Positions 21,846 through 32,446 of a stretch of 64,000 nucleotides of DNA are shown in pieces (position 1 is the first letter of the stretch; each line of letters starts with the position of its first letter). The stretch is from positions 3,997,538-4,061,537 of the forward strand of contig OZ037772.1 of assembly GCA_964035545.1 (NCBI GenBank), read 5' to 3'. The notes under the pieces are model-generated. The model saw only the letters and a program-made list of their open reading frames with translations. It did no database searches and was not told where the DNA came from. The position numbers and the translations under genes are program-made. The DNA is from Bugula neritina (taxonomy: Eukaryota; Animalia; Bryozoa).

Positions 21846-23228
21846 CTTCTCGGCGGCCGCGAGAGTCTTGCTATAGTAAGCCACGACCACCTCACTTCCA
21901 CCCTGGACTTGAGACAGGACGGCTCCCACGCTGTGGTCGCTGGCGTCGGTGTCCAGGATGTACTCCTTGGCTGGATCAGGATACGCCAGGATTGGCGCTT
22001 CCATTAGCCGTTGCTTGAGGTGGTCGAATGCCTGCTGCTCCTCCTGTGTCCACTGCCACCGGACTCCCTTGGCGGTCAGCCGATTTAACGGCTGAGCCAC
22101 TCCTGCGAAACCAGGTATGTACTGCCGGTAGTACCCTACGAGGCCCAGGAATGCACGCAACTCAGGGAGGTCGCGGGGAACAGTCCACTCCTTCACAGCT
22201 TGTACCTTCTCTGGATCGGTAGCGACCCCATCACGGCCAACCACATGGCCCAGGTATGTTACTTCTGGCTGCAGGAGTGCGCACTTGGAGGGCTTCAGCT
22301 TCAGTCCGGCTGCCCGGAGACGGTCAAAGACCTCCCGCAGACGACTGACATGAGTCGAGAAGTCTGGGGAGATGACAATGACATCGTCCAGATAGATGAG
22401 GAGGGTCTTCCAGTGTAACCCACTGAGGACTTGCTCCATGAGCCGTTGGAATGTTGCCGGAGCGGACGTTAGTCCGAATGGCAGTACTTTCCACTTCCAG
22501 AGCCCGTCGCGAGTAATGAATGCTGCTTTGTCCTGGGCATCAGGACTGAGGGGCACTTGCCAGTACCCGCTAAGCAGATCCAAAGTACTGAAGTACTTGC
22601 TACCCGCGAGGGCATCTAGAGACTCATCTATCCGTGGGAGAGGGTAGGCGTCCTGGATGGTGGCGTTGTTGAGTCTGCGGTAGTCTACGCAGAATCTCCA
22701 GCTACCATCCTTCTTCTTGACCAGGACCACTGGGGAGCTCCACGCACCGTGGGCAGGCTCAATCAGATCCCGGTCCAGAAGATCCTGTACCTGTCGGCTC
22801 ACATCCTTCTCCTTCTCCGGGCCCAGACGTCGGGTAGGCTGCCTGATGGGAGTGGTGTCGGCTGCCAGGGGTATCTCGTGAGAGATAACCTTAGTCAGCC
22901 CCATGTCTCTATCGCCACGACTAAAGACATCACTGTACTCCGCGAGTAGTTGAGCCAGTACTTGGCGTTCAGTACTACTCGTACAGTTTCCGCGTGCTCC
23001 GCCATACAGGTCAGCCAGATGCTCCGGGACTGCTTCTCGTCTGGTGTGAGGGGGGTTTCCCTGGTTGTCGGCCACTGTCTCCAGTGCCGGACCCACATCC
23101 GCTTCCTGGATGGAGTGGTACTTCCCCACCAGCGCTCCAGCCGATAGTTGGACAGGTTCCGTGAAGGGGTTGGTGCACTGCACGAGGAGCTCTTGCCGAC
23201 AATCTAGCCGATTCAGGCTGTTTGCTAG
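21846..23228 (-). CDS. pol: Pol part 2: reverse transcriptase and RNase H N-half
   Basis: WRFCVDYRRLN, LDLLSGYWQ, PFGL, YLDD, DTDAS; cut after KTLAAAEK by the DNA transposon. Confidence 0.92.
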
Positions 23229-24110
23229 TCAGATGGCTCCGTGCGTTCCTTCAACCATCCCCAGGCCGGCGATCCCCTTGCAGTTGACTCTACATCGGAG
23301 AGTCGCCTGGGACCTCCCCGGAACTGTGCAGTCCCGTACTACCTGGACTCCGCCCACCAAGGGCCTGCCAAACTTGTCAACACAGACAAGTTCCTTCCCA
23401 GCCATCACCACCACTGACTTCTGGAAATCCATGTGGCACTGGTGTTTCTCCAGGAAGGGCATTCCCAAGATGGCGTCCTCCTTCAGCTGGCTGACGATAA
23501 ACGTCTCGTGAACTGCTTGATCACGGACGCGTCCAGGTAGTGAAATGACGCCGTAGAAAGGAATGCATGATCCGTCCGCCAACGTACCATGCGCACCTTC
23601 ATACGGCTCGAGGCTCGCCCGCTCTCGTGCACCAAGGGTGTCAAAGAGACGCCTACTCAGCAGGTTGGTAGTGCACCCAGTATCCAGTAGGAATGTGGCA
23701 GCTTTACCCGAAATCTTTCCGGGCAGGAAGTAGCTGCTTCCATACGGCTGGGTGCTCCTGGAGCGGTCAGTCTCTGGGGGAGACACGACTTGGGTCCGCA
23801 CAGCGGGCCTCCTCTTCGTCTTAGAGACAACGAGGGTTTTCTGAGGTCGGGAGGGTAGCTTGGGATACTCTTGCGAGTAAGCTGAATCCTCCTCCACAAC
23901 CTCCTCGGGCAACCCCGCGAACCGGTTACGGAGTGGCCAGGCTGGAGGATCGGGTAGGCCTTTCGGTCTCTGAGATCTCCGGTTTGCGTGCCACTCGATA
24001 TAGGTCGACTCTGGAGAGGTCTCTTCTACTGTCTTCCGAGTCCTATCCCGGACCGGATTGGCATGGGGCCCACGGGTGGCGGAATTCACCGTGAGCCTCG
24101 GGTGTTTAAA
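23229..24110 (-). CDS. pol: Pol part 1: aspartic protease, ending at an in-frame TGA
   Basis: FLLDTGC...DAILGMPFL; TGA at 23231-23229 is in frame with the RT that follows. Confidence 0.85.
   Translation of the reverse strand, partial: FKHPRLTVNSATRGPHANPVRDRTRKTVEETSPESTYIEWHANRRSQRPKGLPDPPAWPLRNRFAGLPEEVVEEDSAYSQEYPKLPSRPQKTLVVSKTKRRPAVRTQVVSPPETDRSRSTQPYGSSYFLPGKISGKAATFLLDTGCTTNLLSRRLFDTLGARERASLEPYEGAHGTLADGSCIPFYGVISLPGRVRDQAVHETFIVSQLKEDAILGMPFLEKHQCHMDFQKSVVVMAGKELVCVDKFGRPLVGGVQVVRDCTVPGRSQATLRCRVNCKGIAGLGMVEGTHGAI
24067..24110 (-). promoter_or_regulatory. Putative -1 frameshift signal T_TTA_AAC with stem-loop
   Basis: Heptamer 24110-24104 in the gag frame (CCT TTA AAC); the -1 frame is the protease ORF; downstream GGCTCACGG...CCGTGGGCC stem. 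Confidence 0.8.
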
Positions 24111-24985
24111 GGCTTCTGTTCCTTAGGGCAGTGCCTTCTCACATGTCCTGGCATCCCGCACTCCCAGCAAGTGGGCATAGGGGGGCGGACAGGGTCGTCC
24201 CGCGAGCGGGGAGCCCGCCTGTCCGTCTGGTTGCGCTGCAACTCCGTCACTGTAGCCTGCAGGCCTTTCATCATGCTCATCAGCATGTTGAGCTGCGTCT
24301 GCTCAGGTGACGGGGTAGCTGCTGCTGCCACTTGTGGGGTTGGGGGTATCTCTTCTGCATCTCCGGCCACCTGGCGAGCTGCGTAGTTCGCCCTCCGTGG
24401 CTCTTCCACCTGGAAGTAGGCCTTCCCCATCTCTAGTGCTTCGTCCAGGCTCTTGACTTTTGCGGCTAGCCAGTACCGCTGGAGGTCCGGGTGGTTCACA
24501 CTCCGGAAGAACGCGTTAAAAACGAGGCGCTTCCGATCGTCGCCAGTGGCGTGACCGAAAGCAGCCTGAGCCAGGCGCTCTACCTCGTTAGCGTGATCTT
24601 CCAGAGATGTCCGTCGGTCTCTCCTCATCACTTGTAGCTGGTCTGACGCCTCTTCCGTGGTCAACCCGAACCGGGCCCTAAGAGCCCGCAGGATGTGGGC
24701 TTCGTCGGGTCCCAGTGCGAAGTTCCTGGCCCGGCCTGTCAGACAGGCCCGGAGTTGGAGGACGCGCACCCGTACTGGCCATTCAGCGGTGGCGGCCACG
24801 TCCTCGAACTCCTTGATGAACTGTTCCACGTCTCCATCTCCTCCGAAAGTCGGGGGCTGGAGGCGATACCTGTCACCAGGTGCTGCCTGTCCTTGCCCCC
24901 GCAATCCCTGGAGGGCTGTGACCAGCGCCTCAATAGTGAGGGCTGGTGGTGCTGCCGCCTCAGGGGCTGGGTCCCCTGGGGCCAT
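24086..24985 (-). CDS. gag: Gypsy Gag with one CCHC knuckle
   Basis: PPTFGGDGDVEQFIKEFEDVA...LRACLTGRA...CWECGMPGHVRRHC; first ATG at 24985. Confidence 0.9.
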   Translation of the reverse strand: MAPGDPAPEAAAPPALTIEALVTALQGLRGQGQAAPGDRYRLQPPTFGGDGDVEQFIKEFEDVAATAEWPVRVRVLQLRACLTGRARNFALGPDEAHILRALRARFGLTTEEASDQLQVMRRDRRTSLEDHANEVERLAQAAFGHATGDDRKRLVFNAFFRSVNHPDLQRYWLAAKVKSLDEALEMGKAYFQVEEPRRANYAARQVAGDAEEIPPTPQVAAAATPSPEQTQLNMLMSMMKGLQATVTELQRNQTDRRAPRSRDDPVRPPMPTCWECGMPGHVRRHCPKEQKPLNTRGSR

Positions 24986-25018
24986 CCTATTTCTCTTTAG
25001 CAACTAGCTATTCGTAGA

Positions 25019-25036
25019 ATCCCACTGCTGCCACCA
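25019..25036 (-). promoter_or_regulatory. Primer-binding site, tRNA-Leu
   Basis: TGGTGGCAGCAGTGGGAT, 1 nt from the 5' LTR, complementary to a tRNA-Leu-type 3' end (ATCCCACYGCTGCCACCA). Confidence 0.8.
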
Positions 25037-25186
25037 ATGTGATAGTTTTGTGGATTGTGAATGAAACTAGTGCTGTTACATGCTTGTATGAGAAACAAGG
25101 CGAGAAATAAGGTAGAATGTAGATAATCTTTATTGTAGTATAGTCCGAGTGAATCAATGGTCTTTATCCAGCGAGCTCCAGTAGTA

Positions 25187-25220
25187 GACTGAACTATACT
25201 GGAACTCGCTGGCTTTTATA
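25187..25220 (-). promoter_or_regulatory. LTR core promoter (TATA plus Inr)
   Basis: TATAAAAG at 25220-25213; TCAGTC Inr with its A at 25190, 30 nt downstream; AATAAA further downstream in R. Confidence 0.7.
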
Positions 25221-25240
25221 TACATGCAGGACAAAGACAT

Positions 25241-25370
25241 TCCTTTGTTTGCCGAGATCGGATCCCCGAAATGCCGAATCCGGCATTTCGGTACTTCGGT
25301 ATTCCGATATGCCGAGAATCGGCATATCGGTGTTTCGGAGGACCGAAGTACCGATCTCGGCAACAAAGGA
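25241..25370. repeat. Palindromic CCGA/TCGG array in U3 of the 5' LTR
   Basis: Units such as CCGAAATGCCGA, CCGATATGCCGA, CCGAAGTACCGA and their reverse complements, enclosed by TCCTTTGTTTGCCGAGATCGG...CCGATCTCGGCAACAAAGGA. Confidence 0.9.
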
Positions 25371-26151
25371 CACACACACACAACATAAATTTACCACATT
25401 ATGTTGAATCATTATTTCATGCTGCTATCTACGATTTATAATATACATTGCTAGTGCTTTTACATACATACTTATTATATTACGTACATTTTGTTTGCCT
25501 TATGCCTTATGTTGTATCATTATTATTTTAGTTTTTACGGTCAGTGTTTGGTCAGTGTTTGGTCAGTATTTGGTGACTCAAATAAACTCTGATCACGTCC
25601 AAAACCCTCCCTATTCCTAGTCAGGCTGTATAAGCTAGAGTGTCACTCTAAAGCAAGAGTCATAGCAAAGAGTGTCATTCTATACAATTATAAATGTTCT
25701 TAATTCAATCAATATTATGAAATAATTAATGTAGGAAAATCAATTTTGACTATATAGAATAATCTCAATCTGAATAAGTATTATTTAGTTATTGTAACAC
25801 TTGCACATCGTCTTACTCTTACTCTTAGTCAGATAACATAGTACATACAGTAATACTAATAGTAATACTACCACTAGTAGTAGCAGTAGTGGTAGTAGTA
25901 GTAGGCTACATGATGATGATCATTATGATTATGATTATGATTATGAAGATGGTTATTACTATAACTATTACGGTATGAGTATAACTATAACTGTATTAGT
26001 ATTTGGTTTTATTTTGCATTGCTAATTGAAGACCATGCGTTAAAATTAACTGTTTCTCTCTTTTCTAAATTACATTTCAAGTTGCACACTAATAGACATA
26101 TATGCTTTCAATTTTTTGGTCTATCTTCAAGTTGTGAAACTTGACCAGTAT

Positions 26152-28813
26152 TGTAGTGTTAACCTACCAGGCTAAGCTCTAGCTCCAGAGTATTCCTTGT
26201 TGGCTTTCCTTCGGCTATCACTTGTCAGTAGCTTTAGTATTTGCTAGCTTGTAGCTTGTCAACATCAGATCATCTTACATGCTCCCTCCTTACAAAAGAG
26301 AAGCAGGGCACAAGAGCACATTTTCAGAATGCCAGAACACATATCTATATTATCATCATCATGATGCTAATAATTCCACATGCCCTTTTCTTTTAAAAGA
26401 GAAGTGCAATCAATTCAAACAAAACTAGCTTTCAACTAATGCCCTTGAATACTTAAACTTATTATGAAGTGGTTCAAAGTGGCTCAGTCCTAGATGTCGA
26501 ATTCCACCTCCTCGCATTGCTAGCACTGTTGGGAAGAACAATGCCAAATTTGACATTTATCATATTATCTGCAAGTGAAGTAGCAGCAGGGGTCAAGGCT
26601 GACTTCTCTTGCTAGCTTGCAGAGTCTCCTATGAGTTAAACTAAAGAACTCACAGGAGCAGACAACATTATTGGCAATGTTGATGTCATGTCAGTACTGA
26701 GGTCAAACCTCACATTTATCATATTATCTGAAAGTGAGATGTCGAGGGTCTGCATATAGACTACACTCGGCTCACACCCCGTGAAGCAACAGCGAGGGTC
26801 ACAACTGACTTCTCTCGTCGGCTTACAGAGTCTTCCATGAGTTAAACTCACAGGAGCACACAACATTAGTGGTAACTGCTTCTGCCTGTCATTTCTTAGT
26901 ATTCCACTGCAATAATGTGTTTATATCATTACAGTGAACATCAACACACTTTTCCATATCTACAACACACATGTATCATTTTATATCAACATTGTAGATC
27001 CAGCAATTTTAACCTAGTAATATCAGCTATACCAAGCAAATTTTCGGTAGAGTTTGCCAATACATAAATCTTGGTATCCACAAATCTGTTGAAGTAGCCA
27101 ATGCAAACCTTAGCTCTGCCTAGCACATTCACCAAAGACTTATCAACACCTGTAATATGCTTATCTGGTTCCTTTAATTTAATGTTCAACTTTTCTGCAG
27201 TAGCCTCAGTAAGTGTAGAAACTTCAGACCCAGTATCTAGCAAGAATTCTACACGTCTACCACTAACTAATAAAGTCCTTGTTATTTTAGGACTGACATT
27301 GTGATTATAAGTCCCATCACTCTTTGTAGAAAACTTCATTGATTTTAGGGAGTCCATAACTCCGATCCTGTTTTCTCTTTGTTCCACATATCTCTTTTTG
27401 TGATGGTATCTTTTGTTATCAGAACAATCTTGAGCAATGTGGCCGAATTTCTTGCACATGTAGCAACGGGTTTTAGGACAGTTTCTCACATAATGTCCTG
27501 TACGGTCACATCTAAAGCATCTGCCATGACTTTTGTAAGCATTTTGCAATTTATAACTACAATGTTGATATGAATGACATGCCTCTTTTTTCTTTGAAAA
27601 AGAGTTGTCTCTATTGATAGAAGTTGTCTTATCATAATTAGATCTATGTAGAACTTTATCTCTTTTCTTACAGTGTTCTGAGCTACCATTAGCTCGGTAA
27701 GAATATGTGAGTCTACCAATTGACTGTTCATCTATGCATTCATTGTTTATTGCATTTAAAGCATCCTCGGAAAGTTTACCTAAATGTGCAGCACGACTTT
27801 TCCTTTTCAGCTGTTCCCAGCTTAGATTAGCATGCTGCAACAAATGTCTACGTAATCCTGCATTTCTTAGACCATTAACTGCTAGCGCAACTGCAAATCC
27901 CATTCTAACATCATCATTATTGCCAAAGTTTATTGCTCTACTTAGCTTCTCAACTCTTAGCAAATAATCAATTTCGTTTTCTCCACAAGCTTGGGTCACA
28001 GTGACAAACTTCATGGTTTTCACATAAAATGTATCATCTCTATCATAGTGAGATTGCAGTAAGTCTAAGGCTAACTCATATCCATCATCAGAGTTATTAT
28101 TTAAATCAAAACCTAATGACTGTAAAGTATCAAGACCTTCTGGCCCTACAGCTCCTAACAGAGCTAAAAGCTTTCTCCTACCTCTAAATCTGCTAACCTG
28201 TTCATCCCCTACTACTTCAAACCCTGCATTAAGAGAAGTAACTTCTATACTCAATTTAAATTGAATGAGCCATGAGTTCCAAGATTTGGTTATGTTGCTT
28301 TCATCCAACTTTAATTTAGGAAAAGCATTAAGGTCTAATTTGATGTCTTCATGAGCCATACTACACTTCAGCAGTTTTAATAGAGTAAATAAACAATTTA
28401 ATTTTAAGCAGCTATCTCGTGATTATGCACTGTACTCTCAGTTTCAATCCCTGGGCGCATCCGTGTCTCTCAAAGTTTAATTCTCAGTTCCTTTCGCCGG
28501 CACTCTTATTCTGAATCTATTAGTATTATTTATAAATTGCTCAAAAGTCAACACTCACCACCTTTCTCAACAAGCCTCTCAACTCTTTTTTCTCAAATGT
28601 AAACCTCTGAAGTTTAGTGAACTCCAAACAACACACTTCTCTCTTTTGTAACTCTTGTCTCCTCAATATCCTGCCGACTGCGCCATGTAGTGTTAACCTA
28701 CCAGGCTAAGCTCTAGCTCCAGAGTGTTCCTTGTTGGCTTTCCTTCGGCTATCACTTGTCAGTAGCTTTAGTACTTGCTAGCTTGTAGCTTGTCAACATC
28801 AGATCATCTTACA
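26152..28813 (-). mobile_element. Non-autonomous Gag-protease-only LTR element (Mag-like gag), 2662 bp
   Basis: 128-bp LTRs at 26152-26279 and 28686-28813 (2 mismatches seen); TSD GTAT at 26148-26151 and 28814-28817; PBS TGGCGCAGTCGGCAGGAT (tRNA-Ser type, 28685-28668); PPT AAGGAGGGAG. Confidence 0.92.
26986..28359 (-). CDS. gag: Gag (two CCHC knuckles) fused to aspartic protease
   Basis: 457-aa open ORF: CFRCDRTGHYVRNC, CYMCKKFGHIAQDC, FLLDTGS, NLLG; stops right after the protease. Confidence 0.9.
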   Translation of the reverse strand: MAHEDIKLDLNAFPKLKLDESNITKSWNSWLIQFKLSIEVTSLNAGFEVVGDEQVSRFRGRRKLLALLGAVGPEGLDTLQSLGFDLNNNSDDGYELALDLLQSHYDRDDTFYVKTMKFVTVTQACGENEIDYLLRVEKLSRAINFGNNDDVRMGFAVALAVNGLRNAGLRRHLLQHANLSWEQLKRKSRAAHLGKLSEDALNAINNECIDEQSIGRLTYSYRANGSSEHCKKRDKVLHRSNYDKTTSINRDNSFSKKKEACHSYQHCSYKLQNAYKSHGRCFRCDRTGHYVRNCPKTRCYMCKKFGHIAQDCSDNKRYHHKKRYVEQRENRIGVMDSLKSMKFSTKSDGTYNHNVSPKITRTLLVSGRRVEFLLDTGSEVSTLTEATAEKLNIKLKEPDKHITGVDKSLVNVLGRAKVCIGYFNRFVDTKIYVLANSTENLLGIADITRLKLLDLQC

Positions 28814-30291
28814 GTATGACTACGACTAACTGTAACTAGAATAAAATATTGAATAATAGAGAAGTTCCATACTGTTACACCTCCTTTGACTTGTGCTACC
28901 GTCGGTAGTGCTAAAAGAGTGGAGCCAAAGAAAAGCATCATCACAGAATTCACAGCCTGCTGGTTTGAGATTTTTGTGGTCTAGAGATTGTACTGGGTTA
29001 CAGAGATCTTTTTCCGTCTGTGAATTTTTGATCCCTGCGGTTGTTTCTGGCTGTGGGTAGTTGGAGGTGTTGAGAGAGTGGGCTCACTGGGTAGGCTATA
29101 TTATTGTAATCATATTAACCAACTTGACAGTTTACTAATTCATTGTCTAAATCTTGTCTGCCTTTGTCTAGTAGCACTATTTATTTATTTATTTACTTAT
29201 TAATTTAATTAAATTACTAGTTTATATTACCAAGTTATATTACTAGTTTATACTGCTAGTATTCAACAACTATTCTCCATCACATCTCAACTCTGACGCA
29301 ACTACACTGACTAAACATTGGTATAGTTTATAGTTTATGTTGAACTCTTCAGACCCTGAGATATGTGCGTGTGGCTTCACCTGCGAGTGTGGTGCCTGTG
29401 TTGGGGTATGTGACCTTGACAGAGACTGTGGGAAGCTGCAGATCTGTTTGGAGAAAAGATGTTATCAGCAGGCCTCACCAGATGACAGAACAGTTGTCTG
29501 GGATCTTTATCACTCAGAACTAGTAGAATGTTCTTCAGGTTTGAATGCGAAATCTTTGTTCTAAACTCTATTGGAGTTTAAAAGTGTTGCTTTCTGTTGT
29601 ACTTATATCTGTGCTGGCCAGGATTTTTGAATGATTTTTGTTATGTATTTACGTAACAGAGTGTAACCTTAAAGCTGAATTTGCTTTATTTTCCACATAT
29701 TTTGGTTTGCGATTTTTCAGTAGAAACGAGGCATCACACTTGGTGTGATTATCAGCATTTTTTGCAGGTGCTTCTATCCGTGTACTGACAACACAGCCTG
29801 TCCTAGTGATGGACAAATCTGTCACCATGGTGTCTGTAAAGAGGGCTGTCAGGTGAGTAGTCGCTATGACCTACACTGCGAGTTATTGATGACTTTCATA
29901 CTATGAGTTGTGACTGCCTACTATAATTTATACTGCGAGTTCAAATAGCTGCTGTAACTTATGCTGTGAGTCATGACTAACTGAAATCACTTATACTGTG
30001 AGTCATAACTAACTGATATCACTTATACTGTGAGTCAATTATCAAAAATAGCAAAGAAGTAGAGATATGTTGTGTATGTGAGATATGTGAGGTTATTTAG
30101 TGACTAGTTCGCTATTTATAGAGTTTTGTTTCTATTAATAGACTGTACTGAAAATGAACAATGTGGATCTGAGTTTACTGAATGCATATCCAACATATGC
30201 TATCAGCTTTATCCTCTCAACAATCCAGATCTTTCTGATGCTGAGCAGGACAGACTCTTTGATGATCGGCTGGATCTACAGAATGATGGTA

Positions 30292-31230
30292 AGTTACTCT
30301 GTTAGTACAGTTACTCTGTTAGTACAGTTACTCTGTTAGTATAGTTACTCTGTTAATATAGTTACTGTGTTAGTATAGTTACTCTGTTAGTATAGTTACT
30401 CTGTTAGTATAGTTACTCTGTTAGTACAGTTACTCTGTTAGTATAGTTACTCTGTTAGTATAGTTACTCTGTTAGTACAGTTACTCTGTTAGTACAGTTA
30501 CTCTGTTAGTATAGTTACTCTGTTAGTATAGTTACTCTGTTAGTACAGTTACTCTGTTAGTATAGTTACTCTGTTAGTATAGTTACTCTGTTAGTATAGT
30601 TACTCTGTTAGTATAGTTACTCTGTTAGTACAGTTACTCTGTTGGTACAGTTACTCTGCTAGTACAGTTACTCTGTTAGTATAGTTACTCTGTTAGTATA
30701 ATTACTCTGTTAGTACAGTTACTCTGTTAGTATAGTTACTCTGTTAGTATAGTTACTCTGTTAGTACAGTTACTCTGTCAGTATAGTTACTCTGTTAGTA
30801 TAGTTACTCTGTTAGTACAGTTACTCTGTTAGTACAGTTACTCTGTTAGTACAGTTACTCTGTTAGTATATTTACTCTGTTAGTACAGTTACTCTGTTAG
30901 TATAGTTACTCTGTTAGTATATTTACTCTGTTAGTACAGTTACTCTGTTAGTATAGTTACTCTGTTAGTATAGTTACTCTGTTAGTATAGTTACTCTGTT
31001 AGTACAGTTACTCTGTTAGTATAGTTACTCTGTTAGTTTAGTTACTCTGTTAGTATAGTTACTCTGTTAGTACAGTTACTCTGTTAGTATAGTTACTCTG
31101 TTAGTACAGTTACTCTGTTAGTATAGTTACTCTGTTAGTACAGTTACTCTGTTGGTACAGTTACTCTGCTAGTACAGTTACTCTGTTAGTATAATTAATC
31201 TGTTAGTACAGTTACTGTTAGTATAGTTAC
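30292..31230. repeat. 17-bp minisatellite AGTTACTCTGTTAGTAY, ~55 copies
   Basis: Direct tandem array starting at a splice donor of the collagen locus. Confidence 0.95.
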
Positions 31231-31356
31231 AGTAACAGTTTGCTAGTCATAATAACTTTCACTGTTAGTTGCTGGACAAGTTCTTCTACATCTCTTGTAG
31301 CCACAACCAAAGTGGTGTCTATATATCCTGCTAGTGACTTGAGTAATGACTCATAT

Positions 31357-31807
31357 GTAATTGTAATTAATTACATATCTAATGTAATTGATTTTTGCAA
31401 TTACTTTACAATTACATCTCAATTACTTTAAACTTTTAAATCTTAAAATCTTAAGAAATTTATTCTTTTTTAGCATGACTACTGTTAAATAACAAGTACA
31501 GATTAAGTCAATGTAGTATAGTATCACTTTTGCGAACAAAGCACGTTCACCCCTGTCAAAATTGCCCCTGCTAGGTGGACCCTAGAGGTGAAATTGCATA
31601 ACTTCCAATTGTCCTTTGTGAGAACAAAAGTAATTGTAATTGTAATTATTTGCATTGCCATGTAATTGTAATTAATTGCTTTACAATGTAGTTTTGTACT
31701 GTGATTAATTACATTTATTTCAACTGTAATTATAATTGTAATTGTAATTGACAAATTCTCATGTAATTGTAATTAGTTACATTCACATGTAATTGACCCC
31801 AACCCTG
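31357..31807. mobile_element. GTAATT-rich non-autonomous repeat element
   Basis: Clusters of GTAATT/AATTAC ending GTAATTGACCCCAACCCTG; related piece at ~58010-58113. Confidence 0.5.
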
Positions 31808-32446
31808 GTTTATTATGGAGCTCATACTTTTATTTTTCTAGGTCTAGATGTATTCTCCACCATGTTTTTACTAGAAGTAAACTTTAATTTGGTAATAAGT
31901 TTAAAATAAACTGTTGTTTCGCATTGTACAGTTTACTATTGCCTGAATATTGTATTGAGAATATTGGCTTAACAATTCCAGTGCAGCGATGTGATTGGCC
32001 TGACAATATCAAAGTAGTGATGTGATTGGCTTGACAGTATCAGAGTAGTGATGTGATTGGCTACTCTGTTCTGTTCTGCAGGGCCATGCCTACTTGTATT
32101 ATCTGTTAATCTTGTTTTGCAGTGAACAGAAAGGGATAATGGGTCCCAAAAGACACCCGGGATCTTACCATGGAGAGGAAGGGTTCACCCGATGTTGATG
32201 GCCTGCCTGGTATATCCGGCAATCCTGGAGATGCAGGAGAAAGGAGACCACCTTGTTTGTCAGGAGATACCGGACTTTTTGGAGAACCAGGTAATGTTTA
32301 TGCTCAATTGAGTTTAATCTGTCAAGTTATGTTGGGATCTTTTTCGTTTTCGTTATTTTATGTTTGTTACGTGGAAAAAGGAAAAAACTCTGTCTTGGAG
32401 CATTTTGGTTTTTTCAGAGAGCTTTGGATTATTTGATTATGGTCTA

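Larger units (their letters stand above)
14957..25398 (-). mobile_element. GC-rich Ty3/Gypsy LTR retrotransposon with an extra ORF3, nested in the BEL 3' LTR
   Basis: LTRs 25038-25398 (5', 361 bp) and 14957-15348 (3', 392 bp), TG...CA; 4-bp TSD TTAT at 14953-14956 and 25399-25402; PBS and PPT present. Confidence 0.95.
9805..25684 (+). mobile_element. BEL/Pao LTR retrotransposon, internally deleted, with its 3' LTR split by a nested Gypsy
   Basis: 5' LTR 9805-10657 (853 bp); 3' LTR 14386-14956 plus 25403-25684 (853 bp); TSD CAATT at 9800-9804 and 25685-25689; PPT AAAGGGGGGAG at 14375-14385. Confidence 0.93.
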
